Assembly: GCA_028873795.1 (NCBI GenBank)
Contig: JAPPNP010000022.1
Coordinates: forward strand, 29,462 to 93,461
Origin: Chloroflexota bacterium
GTDB taxonomy: Bacteria > Chloroflexota > UBA11872
Direction of reading: 5' to 3'
Length of the DNA: 64,000 nt
Below the pieces are notes generated by a model. It saw nothing but the letters and a program-made list of their open reading frames with translations. It searched no databases and was not told where the DNA came from. This document shows positions 54,749 through 64,000 of the stretch, one piece after another. The number at the start of each line of letters is the position of its first letter. The stretch's first letter is position 1. The position numbers and the translations under genes were made by a program.

Positions 54749-55351
54749 GTGCTTGCCAGCACCAGTCCGCACAAGCTGGCCGAGTTCCGGCAGTTGTTCC
54801 GTGGTTCGCGGGTGCGAATCGTGCCGCCAGCCGACGTTGCCTACCCACCACAGGTTGACGAAACGGGCGCCACGTTCCTGCAAAACGCTCGCATCAAGGC
54901 CGTGGTCTACGCCCTGACGTGCCGGGCATGGTGCCTGGCCGATGACTCGGGACTGGAAGTCGACTACCTGGGCGGCGCGCCGGGGGTGCGCTCGGCGCGC
55001 TATGCCGGACCGGCCGCCAGCGACGACATGCGCAATCGGAAACTGCTCAAGGCCCTGGCTGAAGTGCCGGAGGCGCGGCGCACGGCGCGATTCCGATGCG
55101 CGGTGGCGCTGGCCGCGCCGGACGGGTCGATCGTCTACACGGCTGTGCGCAGCTGCGAGGGCCGCATCGCCCACGAGCCGCGGGGTGAGCACGGGTTCGG
55201 CTACGACCCGCTGTTCATGGTGGGCGCGGGCGACCGGACGATGGCCGAGTTGACGACCGACGAGAAGAACGACGCGAGCCATCGTGGGCAGGCGGCCCGC
55301 GCGGCGCGGCGGTTCCTGGAGCACTGCCTCGCGCAAATGCCATCCGGTTGA
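54749..55351 (+). CDS. rdgB: non-canonical purine NTP pyrophosphatase (RdgB/HAM1)
   Basis: VLASTSPHKLAEF, SGLEVDYLGGAPGVRSARYAG and FGYDPLF. GTG start. Confidence 0.85.
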   Translation: MLASTSPHKLAEFRQLFRGSRVRIVPPADVAYPPQVDETGATFLQNARIKAVVYALTCRAWCLADDSGLEVDYLGGAPGVRSARYAGPAASDDMRNRKLLKALAEVPEARRTARFRCAVALAAPDGSIVYTAVRSCEGRIAHEPRGEHGFGYDPLFMVGAGDRTMAELTTDEKNDASHRGQAARAARRFLEHCLAQMPSG

Positions 55352-55414
55352 GCGACGCTTCGTCCGGCGGTCCCTCTGCTACGCTCCGCCGCGGCAGCGA
55401 TCCCCCAGCCTCAC

Positions 55415-56086
55415 GTGCCACCCGACGCCCGCGCCGTCCTCGTCACCGCCGCCGGATCACTCGCCGCGCAGGCAATCGGACGCCGCCTGGCGCTCGACGG
55501 GGCATCCGTCGCGTTTGCCGACGCGGATCGCGGCTTGGCATGCGCGGCTGCTGAAGCCGTCCGCGCCGCCGGCGGGAATGCGGCGGGGTTCGCCATGGAT
55601 CACCGTGACTGGACATCGACGCAGCGCGCGGTGCGGGCCGCGCACGATGGCTGGTCGGGGCTCGACCTGCTGGTCAATGTCGCCGACAACCCACCGGCGG
55701 CGCCGTTCCTGGCGCTGGCCGAGGACGATCTCGCCGACGCTTTCGACGCGCCGCTCGCCGGTCTCATGCACGGCGTGCGGGCGGCGACGGAGCACATGCG
55801 CGCCGCAGGCGCGGGGTGCATTGTCAACGTGTTCCCGCTCAGCGGCGACGGCGACGTGCTCGGCGGCGCAGTGGCCGGCGGGGCGGAGATGCTGACCCGC
55901 GCCGCCGGCGTTGAGCTTGCCGCGGTCGGAATCCGGGTGGCCGGCGTCGCCGCGGTCAGCGTTCGCGACAACCCGGCGGCCATCGCCGACGCCGTCGCGT
56001 TCGCGGCCTCGACTGACGCCAGCTACGTCACCGGGTCGACCTTGGTGGTCGCAGAAAGGCATACCCAGCAGTGGACCGCCCGGTAG
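55415..56086 (+). CDS. degenerate short-chain dehydrogenase/reductase (SDR-like, catalytic Tyr/Lys absent)
   Basis: SDR fold landmarks are present (VLVTAAGSLAAQAIG; LVNVADN; IVNVF; C-terminal YVTGSTLVV). The YxxxK position reads G...A. Overlaps the next SDR gene by 16 nt. Confidence 0.6.
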   Translation: MPPDARAVLVTAAGSLAAQAIGRRLALDGASVAFADADRGLACAAAEAVRAAGGNAAGFAMDHRDWTSTQRAVRAAHDGWSGLDLLVNVADNPPAAPFLALAEDDLADAFDAPLAGLMHGVRAATEHMRAAGAGCIVNVFPLSGDGDVLGGAVAGGAEMLTRAAGVELAAVGIRVAGVAAVSVRDNPAAIADAVAFAASTDASYVTGSTLVVAERHTQQWTAR

Positions 56087-56799
56087 CCATCGTCACCGGC
56101 GCCGCCCACGGCATCGGGCGGGCCTGCGCCGCGCGCCTGGCGAGCGACGGATACATCGTCGTGGCTACGGATATCGACGACGCGGTGCACGCGCAGGCCG
56201 TGGCGGGCCGGATCGAGACCCATGAACTCGACGCCGCCGATATCCCCGCCGGCCGCTGCTTGGTCCAGGACGTCGCCGGCCGCCATGGCGGCGTTGACGC
56301 GCTGGTCAACAACGCCGGATTCACGGAGCGCCGGGCTGTCGAGCAGCTGGAGACCGACGAATGGCGTCGCATGCTCGACGTGCACGTGCGCGGACCGCTG
56401 TTTCTGATTCAGGCCGTGGCCCGCGACCTGATTCGGCGCGGCGCATCCGGCGCCATGGTGAACATGACGTCCATCCGCGCCATCGTGGCGGAACCGGGCC
56501 AGCTCCACTACTGCGCCGCCAAGGGCGCGCTCCATGCGCTGGCGCCGGCGTTGGCCCCGGAGTTGGGGCGACACAACGTGCGCATCAACAACGTCGCGCC
56601 GGGATTGGTCGCCACGCGCATGACGGCCTCGGTGCGCGCCGATCCGGAGTCGCTCTCGCTGCGCCTGCCCCGGCTGCCCATGGGTCGCTATGCGGAACCG
56701 TCCGAAGTCGCCGCCTGCGTGGCGCATCTGCTTTCGGACGAGGCCCGCGCCATCTCCGGGCAGACGCTGGCAGCCGACGGCGGATACCTGGCCGGCTAG
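56071..56799 (+). CDS. SDR-family oxidoreductase (canonical)
   Basis: TGAAHGIG, NNAG, catalytic S and YCAAK, then PG. 242 aa. Confidence 0.85.
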   Translation: MDRPVAIVTGAAHGIGRACAARLASDGYIVVATDIDDAVHAQAVAGRIETHELDAADIPAGRCLVQDVAGRHGGVDALVNNAGFTERRAVEQLETDEWRRMLDVHVRGPLFLIQAVARDLIRRGASGAMVNMTSIRAIVAEPGQLHYCAAKGALHALAPALAPELGRHNVRINNVAPGLVATRMTASVRADPESLSLRLPRLPMGRYAEPSEVAACVAHLLSDEARAISGQTLAADGGYLAG

Positions 56800-56841
56800 A
56801 TCGAGTTCGGACACGACCGCGCCCATGCTCGATACTTGAGT

Positions 56842-57666
56842 ATGCGTGTCTCCGATCGGCCCGCGTTTCGTCCCTCGCGGCGGCGCGGCCAAAATTTCCT
56901 GGTGGATCGCGGCATTCAGCGACGCATCGCCCAGGCGGCGCAGCTGCCGCCCGATGCGGTCGTACTCGAGATCGGCGCAGGTACCGGTTTGCTCACCGAA
57001 GCGCTCCGGCCCTTGGCATCTCGGGTTATCGCGGTTGAAGTCGAGCGTGAGCTGGCCGAGCAGTTGCGCGAGCGCTTCGCCGAGGACGATTCGATCACCG
57101 TGGTGAACGCCGACGCCGTGGCGTTGGACATTGCCGCTTTGGGCGTCTCCGACTATCACGTCGTCGCGAACTTGCCCTTCAGCGTCGGCACCCGGCTGCT
57201 CATCGACCTACTGCAATCCTCGTCGCCTCCGCAAAGCCTGACGGTGCTGCTGCAACGCGACGTGGTCGACCGCGCGTGCGCGTCCCCGGGAGAGATGCGG
57301 CTGCTGAGCGTGATCGTGCAGTCACTGGCGCGGCCGCAGCGGCTGTTCGACATCCCGCCTGGCGCGTTTCGGCCTCGGCCCAAGGTCATATCGACGCTGG
57401 TTCGCCTGCGACCGAGGTCACTGGACGCCGAGGATTGCGCCCGAACGTCCCGCCGGATCGCTGCCGCCCGCCGGGCGTTCCAACAGCCGCGCAAGCAGCT
57501 GGCCAACGCGCTGGGCGCGCCGGCCGGAATTGACGCGGCGCTGGAGGCGCGGGGCATCGATCCCAAGCGGCGCCCCGAGACGCTGTCGCTGGAGGAGTGG
57601 GACGACGTGGCCGATGCGCTTGCCGCCGAGGCCACCGTCGCCGCGTCCGGGTCGCCGGCCACGTGA
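56842..57666 (+). CDS. rsmA: 16S rRNA (adenine1518/1519-N6)-dimethyltransferase
   Basis: GQNFLVD and the SAM-binding EIGAGTGLLT motif. Confidence 0.85.
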   Translation: MRVSDRPAFRPSRRRGQNFLVDRGIQRRIAQAAQLPPDAVVLEIGAGTGLLTEALRPLASRVIAVEVERELAEQLRERFAEDDSITVVNADAVALDIAALGVSDYHVVANLPFSVGTRLLIDLLQSSSPPQSLTVLLQRDVVDRACASPGEMRLLSVIVQSLARPQRLFDIPPGAFRPRPKVISTLVRLRPRSLDAEDCARTSRRIAAARRAFQQPRKQLANALGAPAGIDAALEARGIDPKRRPETLSLEEWDDVADALAAEATVAASGSPAT

Positions 57667-58292
57667 GCTGGCTCCGGCGCTTTCGGCGCGGCTCCGAAGA
57701 GCCGGGGGCGACGTATCTGATCGTTGGCCTGGGCAATCCGGGTCCCGAGTACGCCGGCACGCGCCACAACGCGGGCTTCGAGGTATGCAACCGGCTGGCC
57801 CATCGGCGGCGGGACTGGCGCCGCACGCGGCATGCGCGCACCTGGCAGGGCGAGGTGGCCGGCGTGACGGTGACGCTGCTCAAGCCGAGGACGTATGTCA
57901 ACGCCTCGGGGCCGGCGGTGGCCCGCGCGCTGAGTTCCGCCGGACTCTCCGCCGACCGTCTCATCGTGGTGCAGGACGATCTCGACCTGGCATTCGCGCG
58001 CGTGCGCGTGCGCGACGGCGGCTCGTGGGGCGGACATCGCGGCATCGAGTCCATCCTGCACGCGGTGGGCGGGGCAGACTTCCTGCGCGTGAAGGTCGGG
58101 ATCGGCCGCCCGCCGCCGGACATGGACCCGGCGCACTACGTGCTGGAGCGCTTTTCCGCGTCCGAGCGCGAAGCCATCGATGACGCATTCACTCGTGCGG
58201 CGGATGCCGTGCGGGCGCTGCTGACGCGGCCGGCGGCCGACGTGATGCAAGAGGTGAACCAACAGCATGCGGCTGTCCGACCTCGCGACTGA
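57663..58292 (+). CDS. pth: peptidyl-tRNA hydrolase
   Basis: YLIVGLGNPGPEYAGTRHNAGF; catalytic H and D. GTG start overlapping the rsmA stop. Confidence 0.85.
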   Translation: MSWLRRFRRGSEEPGATYLIVGLGNPGPEYAGTRHNAGFEVCNRLAHRRRDWRRTRHARTWQGEVAGVTVTLLKPRTYVNASGPAVARALSSAGLSADRLIVVQDDLDLAFARVRVRDGGSWGGHRGIESILHAVGGADFLRVKVGIGRPPPDMDPAHYVLERFSASEREAIDDAFTRAADAVRALLTRPAADVMQEVNQQHAAVRPRD

Positions 58293-61200
58293 GTTCGCCG
58301 CCGAGCCGACGCTGGCCGCGGCATTGGCGGCTGCCGAAGGCCATGGCGATCCGCAGACCGTGGAGCTACGCGACGCCCTCAAGCCGCTCTACGTCGCGAT
58401 GCTGGTCGAACGCCTCCGGCGACCGCTCATCGTGGTGACCGCCGACGAGGCGCGAGCCGGCGAGCTGGCGCATGACATTGGCATGTGGGCCGGCGACGTT
58501 CCCGTCCTCCACTTCCCCGACGTGGATCAACCGGCCTTCGCCATGCTGGCCATCAACCACGACCTGCTCGCGCGGCGCGTGGCGGTGATGGGGCGCCTGG
58601 CTCATGCGCAGGTGGGCGACGCCATCGTGGTGGTCGCGTCCGCGCGGGCGCTGATGCGGCGCCTGATGCCGGTGAACGAATTCACGGACAACTATCTGAC
58701 GCTGGCGCCGGGCGCCGTCGCCGACCTGGACGCCCTGACCCGACGCCTCGTCAGTTTGGGATACGAATCAACCCCGCTGGTCGAACGGCCGGGCGAGTTC
58801 GCCCACCGCGGCGGCATCGTGGATATCTTTGCCCCCGGCGCCCCGTTGCCCGTCCGCGTCGATTTCTTCGGCAACGAAATCGAGTCCGTGCGCACCTTCG
58901 ACCCCGAGTCGCAGCGCTCTCTGCGCCCAGCGCCCGAGTTGATCATCACTCCCGCAACCGAGGTGCCGATCTGGATGGGGAATCGGGTCGCCGGGCGCCT
59001 GCGCGAGCTGCCGCTTGCCGACCTGCGGCCCGAGGACCGGCAGACGTGGAACAGCCACCTCGAGCGGCTCGAAGGCGGCGAATACTTTGACGACGCCGCG
59101 TTCTATACCACCAGCCTGCTGCCCGACGCCGTCTCGCTGCTCGACTATGCGTCGCACGGCGTGTGCGTCGTCGACGAGCTCGATCAACTGCGGCTGGCCG
59201 TCCGCGATGCGGAGCGCACCGCGACCGAAAACCGGGAGCGACTGGCGTCAAATGGCGAGCTCCCCGCCGACTTCGCGTCGCCGCTGTTTCCCGCGTCCAT
59301 CATGGTCGAACGCGTGGAAGACGCGCCGGTGCGCCTGACCTACGTCCCGAGCCTGCCCGGCGCCGCGGAGGGCCGGCGCTCGGTCGTCGAGCAATTCGGC
59401 CCCGTGCCGTCCTACGCGGGCCGGCTGCGCCGCCTTTCGGACGACCTGGAGGCGATGCGCCGCGACGGTCGCCGCGTGGTGATCGTGAGCTACCAGGGAC
59501 GCCGGCTGCAGCGGCTGCTCCTGGACCAGCGCCTGCCAACCACGGCGCTGGAAGAACTGGAGCACCTGGACGCCTCGGGGTCGCTCAGCGTGCTTGGGGG
59601 CACGCTCAGCGAGGGGCTGCGTCACGACGGGCTACGGCTCACCGTGGTCACGGACGCCGAGGTATTCGGCCGCCGCCGGGTGCGTCGCGGACGCCGATCA
59701 CGGCGCGGCGCCGAGCGGACTTTCCTCGCCGATCTCCAGCCGGGAGACTACGTGGTCCACGTCGACCACGGCGTGGCGCGCTTCAGCGGCATCGTGCAGC
59801 TCGAGGACACCGGCGGCGCACGCGAGTATCTGCTGCTGCAGTACACCGGCGACGATCGCCTCTACGTACCGGTGGACCAGGTCGCCCGGGTGCAGAAATT
59901 CGTCGGCATGAGCGACGCCGAGCCCAAGCTCAGCCGGCTCAACACCGCCGATTGGCAACGGGCGAAGCGGCGCGCGCGGAAGTCAGCCGAGTCGATCGCG
60001 GGGGAGCTGCTCGAAATCTACGCCGCGCGCGAGCTCGCCACCGGCATGGCCTTCGGTCCCGACTCCACGGCGCAGCGGGACTTCGAGGAGGCCTTCGCCT
60101 TTATCGAAACTCCCGACCAGCTCAAGGCCATTGCCGACGCCAAGACCGACATGGAACGCGAGCGCCCCATGGATCGCCTGGTGGCCGGCGACGTGGGCTA
60201 CGGCAAGACCGAGGTGGCGTTGCGGGCGGCGTTCAAGGCCGCCATGGACGGGCGGCAGGTGGCGGTGCTGGTCCCGACCACGATCCTGGCGCAGCAGCAC
60301 TTCGACACGTTCGTCTCGCGCCTCGCCGACTTTCCGGTCAAGGTCGAGCTGCTGAGCCGGTTCCGCAGCCGCCGCGAGCAACTCGACGTGCTGGCGGGGC
60401 TGGCTTCTGGCGACATCGACATCGTGATCGGAACCCATCGACTCCTGCAGAGCGACGTGACCTTCACGGACCTGGGATTGATCGTCGTCGATGAAGAGCA
60501 ACGCTTCGGCGTGGCGCACAAGGAACGGCTCAAGGCGCTGCGCAAGAACGTGGACGTGCTCACGCTCACGGCCACCCCGATTCCCCGCACGTTGCACATG
60601 GCGCTGGCCAGCCTGCGTGAGATCAGCGTGATCGAGTCGCCGCCCGAGCAGCGCCTCGCCGTCAAGACCTACGTGACGACCTACGACGACGGGATCGTGC
60701 GCGACGCCGTCCGCTCCGAGTTGAGTCGCGGCGGCCAGGTCTATTTCCTCCACAACCGCGTGCAGACGATCTATACCTGGCAGCGGCGATTGCAGGAGTT
60801 GCTGCCGGACGTCGAGATGCTGGTGGCCCACGGCCAAATGCCGCCGGCGGAGCTCGAGGAAGTGATGTACCGCTTTGCCCGGGGCGACGCCCAGGTGCTG
60901 GTGGCGACGGCCATCATCGAAAACGGGCTCGACATTCCCAACGTCAATACCATCATCGTCAACGACGCCTGGCAGTTCGGCCTGGCGCAGCTCTATCAGC
61001 TGCGGGGGCGCGTGGGCCGGGCCGCGGCGCAGGCCTACGCCTACTTCATGTATCAGAAGGGCCACACCCTCACCGAGCAGGCCCAGAAGCGCCTGCAGAC
61101 GATCCTGGAAGCGTCGGACCTTGGCGCCGGTTTCCGCATCGCCATGCGCGACCTCGAGATCCGCGGCGCGGGGAATCTGCTGGGAGCCGAACAGCACGGC

Positions 61201-61740
61201 CACATGAGCGCCGTGGGTTTCGATCTCTATTCGCGCATGCTGGCGGAGGCCGTGGACCGGCTTCGGGGCGTGGCGCCCGAGCCCGAGCTGCCGTCCGCGG
61301 TCGTGGACCTGCCGCTCGACGCGTTTCTCCCCGACGACTACATGGGAAGCTATGCCACCAAGGTGCGTGAATACCAGCGGCTGGCGCGGCTGCGGGGAAT
61401 CGATGAAGTCGAGGCGGCGATCTCGGACATCCGGGATCGGTTTGGGGCACTGCCCGAGCCCGTGGACAATCTGGCGTATCTGCTCCGGATCAAGGCGCGG
61501 GCGCAAGCGTTAGGCTTCGCAGCCGTCACAACGTACGGGCGAGAGCTCATCATCAAGTCGCCGCCGGAATTCGCGCCGAGCCCCACGGTGATGCTCAAAG
61601 CTGGCGGTTGGGGCGTCAAGCGCGGACAGACCGGCCTCGTGTGGCCGGATTTCGCGCGCGATGCAGAATGGCAAGCCAAATTGATGCGCTTGCTAGACGA
61701 CCTCGTACGCTGGGACGCGCTCGCGCCGGCGTCGCGCTAG
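58267..61740 (+). CDS. mfd: transcription-repair coupling factor
   Basis: 1157 aa with UvrB-homology N-terminal domains, the RNAP-interacting region, a superfamily-2 helicase core (DVGYGKTEVAL…, DEEQRFGV) and the TRG motif. Confidence 0.95.
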   Translation: MRLSDLATEFAAEPTLAAALAAAEGHGDPQTVELRDALKPLYVAMLVERLRRPLIVVTADEARAGELAHDIGMWAGDVPVLHFPDVDQPAFAMLAINHDLLARRVAVMGRLAHAQVGDAIVVVASARALMRRLMPVNEFTDNYLTLAPGAVADLDALTRRLVSLGYESTPLVERPGEFAHRGGIVDIFAPGAPLPVRVDFFGNEIESVRTFDPESQRSLRPAPELIITPATEVPIWMGNRVAGRLRELPLADLRPEDRQTWNSHLERLEGGEYFDDAAFYTTSLLPDAVSLLDYASHGVCVVDELDQLRLAVRDAERTATENRERLASNGELPADFASPLFPASIMVERVEDAPVRLTYVPSLPGAAEGRRSVVEQFGPVPSYAGRLRRLSDDLEAMRRDGRRVVIVSYQGRRLQRLLLDQRLPTTALEELEHLDASGSLSVLGGTLSEGLRHDGLRLTVVTDAEVFGRRRVRRGRRSRRGAERTFLADLQPGDYVVHVDHGVARFSGIVQLEDTGGAREYLLLQYTGDDRLYVPVDQVARVQKFVGMSDAEPKLSRLNTADWQRAKRRARKSAESIAGELLEIYAARELATGMAFGPDSTAQRDFEEAFAFIETPDQLKAIADAKTDMERERPMDRLVAGDVGYGKTEVALRAAFKAAMDGRQVAVLVPTTILAQQHFDTFVSRLADFPVKVELLSRFRSRREQLDVLAGLASGDIDIVIGTHRLLQSDVTFTDLGLIVVDEEQRFGVAHKERLKALRKNVDVLTLTATPIPRTLHMALASLREISVIESPPEQRLAVKTYVTTYDDGIVRDAVRSELSRGGQVYFLHNRVQTIYTWQRRLQELLPDVEMLVAHGQMPPAELEEVMYRFARGDAQVLVATAIIENGLDIPNVNTIIVNDAWQFGLAQLYQLRGRVGRAAAQAYAYFMYQKGHTLTEQAQKRLQTILEASDLGAGFRIAMRDLEIRGAGNLLGAEQHGHMSAVGFDLYSRMLAEAVDRLRGVAPEPELPSAVVDLPLDAFLPDDYMGSYATKVREYQRLARLRGIDEVEAAISDIRDRFGALPEPVDNLAYLLRIKARAQALGFAAVTTYGRELIIKSPPEFAPSPTVMLKAGGWGVKRGQTGLVWPDFARDAEWQAKLMRLLDDLVRWDALAPASR

Positions 61741-61790
61741 AGACGTCGAGCGAACCAGAACCTCGAAAGACAAGGACAACCGACACGACC

Positions 61791-64000
61791 ATGGCCGCAC
61801 GCAAACGCGCCGCTACCAAGGCGGCGGGGACCCGAGGGGCTAAGAACCTCGTCATCGTGGAGTCGGGACCCAAGGCCGCCACCCTCCAGCGCTTTCTGGG
61901 ATCGCAATATAAGGTGGTGGCGTCGGTGGGCCATGTGCGCGACCTCCCGGCCAGCGCCGCCCAGGTTCCCAAGAACCTCAAGGGCAAGAGCTGGGCGACG
62001 CTGGCGGTCAACGTGGACGAGGGCTTCCGTCCGGTGTACGTCATCCCTGCCGACCGGAAGCGCGTCGTCGCCACGCTGCGCCGCGAGCTGAAGACCGCCG
62101 GTGAGCTGCTGATCGCGACGGACGAGGACCGCGAGGGCGAGGCGATTGCCTGGCACCTGGTGGAGGTCCTGAAGCCGAGTCAGCCCATCCGGCGCATGGT
62201 GTTCCATGAGATCACCCGCTCGGCCGTCGAGGAAGCGCTGGGGCGGACACGCGATATCGACGAGCACCTGGTGCACGCCCAGGAAGCGCGCCGCGTGCTG
62301 GATCGCCTGATCGGCTATCTGGTGTCGCCGGTCCTCTGGAAGAAAGTGCAGAGCGGTCTCTCCGCCGGTCGCGTGCAGACGCCAGCGCTGCGACTCATCG
62401 TCGAACGCGAACGCGAACGCATGGCGTTTGTCCACGCGGCCTATTGGGGCCTGGCGGCTACGCTGGCGCCGGTCGACCGCCCCGACGCCGAGTTTCCGGC
62501 GCGGCTCGTCAGCCTCGACGGCAAGGACATTGCGACCGGCGACGACTTCGACCCGGCCACCGGCGATCTGCTGGCCGGGCGCTCGGTTCGACATCTCGGC
62601 GCGGACGGCGCGGGGCGCTTGGCGGCGGCCCTTGCCGATGCGGCGTTCCAGGTGGCCGATGTCGACAAGCGTCCCGTGACGCGCCGCCCGGCGCCGCCCT
62701 TCATCACGTCGACGCTGCAGCAGGCGGCCTCGGGCCGGCTGCGCTTCAGCGCCCGCCAAACGATGCGAGTGGCCCAGCGGCTCTATGAGAGCGGCTATAT
62801 CACCTATATGCGCACGGACTCGCCCACGCTGTCCCAGCAGGCGATCGCCGCGGCGCGGGCCGAGGTTCGGAAGCAGGCCGGCGGGGAGTATCTCCCCGAC
62901 AAGCCGCGCCGATACCGCGCGCGAACGGCACGCGCGCAGGAGGCCCACGAGGCCATCCGGCCCGCCGGCGAGCGCTTCCGGCACCCCAATAATCTGGGCG
63001 ACGACGTGGACGCCGACGGGCGGCGGCTCTACACGCTGATCTGGCAACGCACGCTGGCCTCGCAGATGCGTGACGCTCACTTCGAGCGCACCCGGGTCCG
63101 GATCGAGGCCGCCGCGGGCGCCGACGGGACCGCCGTGTTCCAGGCCAACGGCCAGGTAGCGGTGTTCGACGGCTTCCTGCGAATCTATGGCTCCGGAGAC
63201 GGCGACGACGATCGGGTGCTTCCGGACGTGTCGCGCGGCGCCGCCTTGGACGCGCGCGCCGTCGAACCCACCGAGCACGCGACTAGACCGCCCGACCGCT
63301 GGACCGAGGCCAGCCTAATCCGCGAGCTGGAGCGGCTGGACATCGGGCGCCCATCCACCTACGCCACCATTCTGGAGACGATTCAAGACAAATACGTGGC
63401 GCGGAAAGGGGCGGCCCTGGTTCCTCGCTGGCACGCGTTCGCCGTGATCCAGCTGATGGCCACGCACTTTCCCGAGCTCGCCGACTCCGGCTTCACCGCG
63501 CGCATGGAGGACGGGCTGGACCGGGTCGCCGCGGGTGAACTCGACCCGTTGCCCTGGCTTTCGGCGTTCTACTTCGGCACCGACGGCGCGTCGGCCAACG
63601 GCAAGGAGGCCATGCTGCGAGACGGGCTGCACCACCGCATCGACTCGAGCTGGGACGCCATTGACGCACGCGCGGTCTGCACGATCCCCCTGGCCGATGC
63701 GAACGGCGCGCGCCTGGCGGTCCGAATTGGACGCTATGGCCCCTACATCGAATCGTCGGAGGGCGAGCAGCGAGCGCGGGTGCCGGAGGATTTGGAACCC
63801 GACCAGTTGACCGCCGACGCCGCCGCCGAGCTGCTGGCGCAGGCGACGCGAGGGGATCAGCCGCTCGGCGCCGATCCCGAGTCGGGGCTGCCCATCTATC
63901 TCAAGCAGGGCCGCCGAGGCGCGTATTTGCAGCGCGGCGATGGTCAGACCGGGCGCGGGGCCGGCGGCCGCAAGCGCCCGCAAACCACCAGCGTGTGGCC
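61791..64000 (+). CDS. topA: DNA topoisomerase I (5' portion; continues beyond the window)
   Basis: Not in the ORF track because it has no in-window stop. Manual translation from ATG 61791 gives MAARKRAATKAAGTRGAKNLVIVESGPKAATLQRFLG…SVGHVRDLP (Toprim). In the same frame further on, …AQEARRVLDRLIGYLVSPVLWKKVQ is a TopA signature. Confidence 0.85.
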   Translation, partial: MAARKRAATKAAGTRGAKNLVIVESGPKAATLQRFLGSQYKVVASVGHVRDLPASAAQVPKNLKGKSWATLAVNVDEGFRPVYVIPADRKRVVATLRRELKTAGELLIATDEDREGEAIAWHLVEVLKPSQPIRRMVFHEITRSAVEEALGRTRDIDEHLVHAQEARRVLDRLIGYLVSPVLWKKVQSGLSAGRVQTPALRLIVERERERMAFVHAAYWGLAATLAPVDRPDAEFPARLVSLDGKDIATGDDFDPATGDLLAGRSVRHLGADGAGRLAAALADAAFQVADVDKRPVTRRPAPPFITSTLQQAASGRLRFSARQTMRVAQRLYESGYITYMRTDSPTLSQQAIAAARAEVRKQAGGEYLPDKPRRYRARTARAQEAHEAIRPAGERFRHPNNLGDDVDADGRRLYTLIWQRTLASQMRDAHFERTRVRIEAAAGADGTAVFQANGQVAVFDGFLRIYGSGDGDDDRVLPDVSRGAALDARAVEPTEHATRPPDRWTEASLIRELERLDIGRPSTYATILETIQDKYVARKGAALVPRWHAFAVIQLMATHFPELADSGFTARMEDGLDRVAAGELDPLPWLSAFYFGTDGASANGKEAMLRDGLHHRIDSSWDAIDARAVCTIPLADANGARLAVRIGRYGPYIESSEGEQRARVPEDLEPDQLTADAAAELLAQATRGDQPLGADPESGLPIYLKQGRRGAYLQRGDGQTGRGAGGRKRPQTTSVW

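Overview
This 64-kb window is ~70% GC, densely coded bacterial chromosome whose gene content resembles Chloroflexi/Thermomicrobia or Deinococcus-type genomes. No rRNA, tRNA, CRISPR array, transposase or integrase was detected. All calls below come from reading the six-frame track and the sequence by eye; no database searches were run.

Main contents:
- A compact minus-strand shikimate operon (DAHP synthase, aroA, aroE, aroC, aroK, aroB), followed by a PLDc_N/gamma-carbonic-anhydrase fusion gene and radC. An aromatic-residue leader ORF plus an intrinsic terminator sits immediately upstream of the operon.
- A heat-shock super-operon lon-dnaK-grpE-dnaJ(type II)-hspR-clpC. Its promoter overlaps an HspR-type inverted repeat (HAIR).
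- A ~4-kb segment at 21.8-25.9 kb, of which only the last ~2.1 kb (23.9-25.9 kb) is clearly lower in GC. That low-GC part carries an AbiEi/AbiEii-like type IV toxin-antitoxin pair with an operator palindrome; the hypothetical protein and creatininase-family gene upstream of it are near backbone GC.
- A RACo-like 2Fe-2S/ASKHA protein divergent from a stand-alone NuoB-like Fe-S protein.
- Exporter genes: a MOP/MATE-like membrane protein and an ABC-2 ATPase/permease pair.
- hisG.
- A small catabolic cluster (flavin reductase, MBL hydrolase, HpcH aldolase, lactonase, amidohydrolase).
- Orphan OppD/OppF ATPases and an orphan HyuB.
- SpoIID-like protein, tatA, a DacB-like carboxypeptidase, pyrE-like gene and valS.
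- A catalytically degenerate DXS-like protein next to an amidohydrolase-2 gene and a stand-alone corrinoid protein.
- A tandem pair of short-chain dehydrogenases, one of them dead.
- The conserved rsmA-pth-mfd-topA block; topA runs off the 3' edge of the window.

The many long ORFs antisense to real genes are GC-rich frame artefacts.
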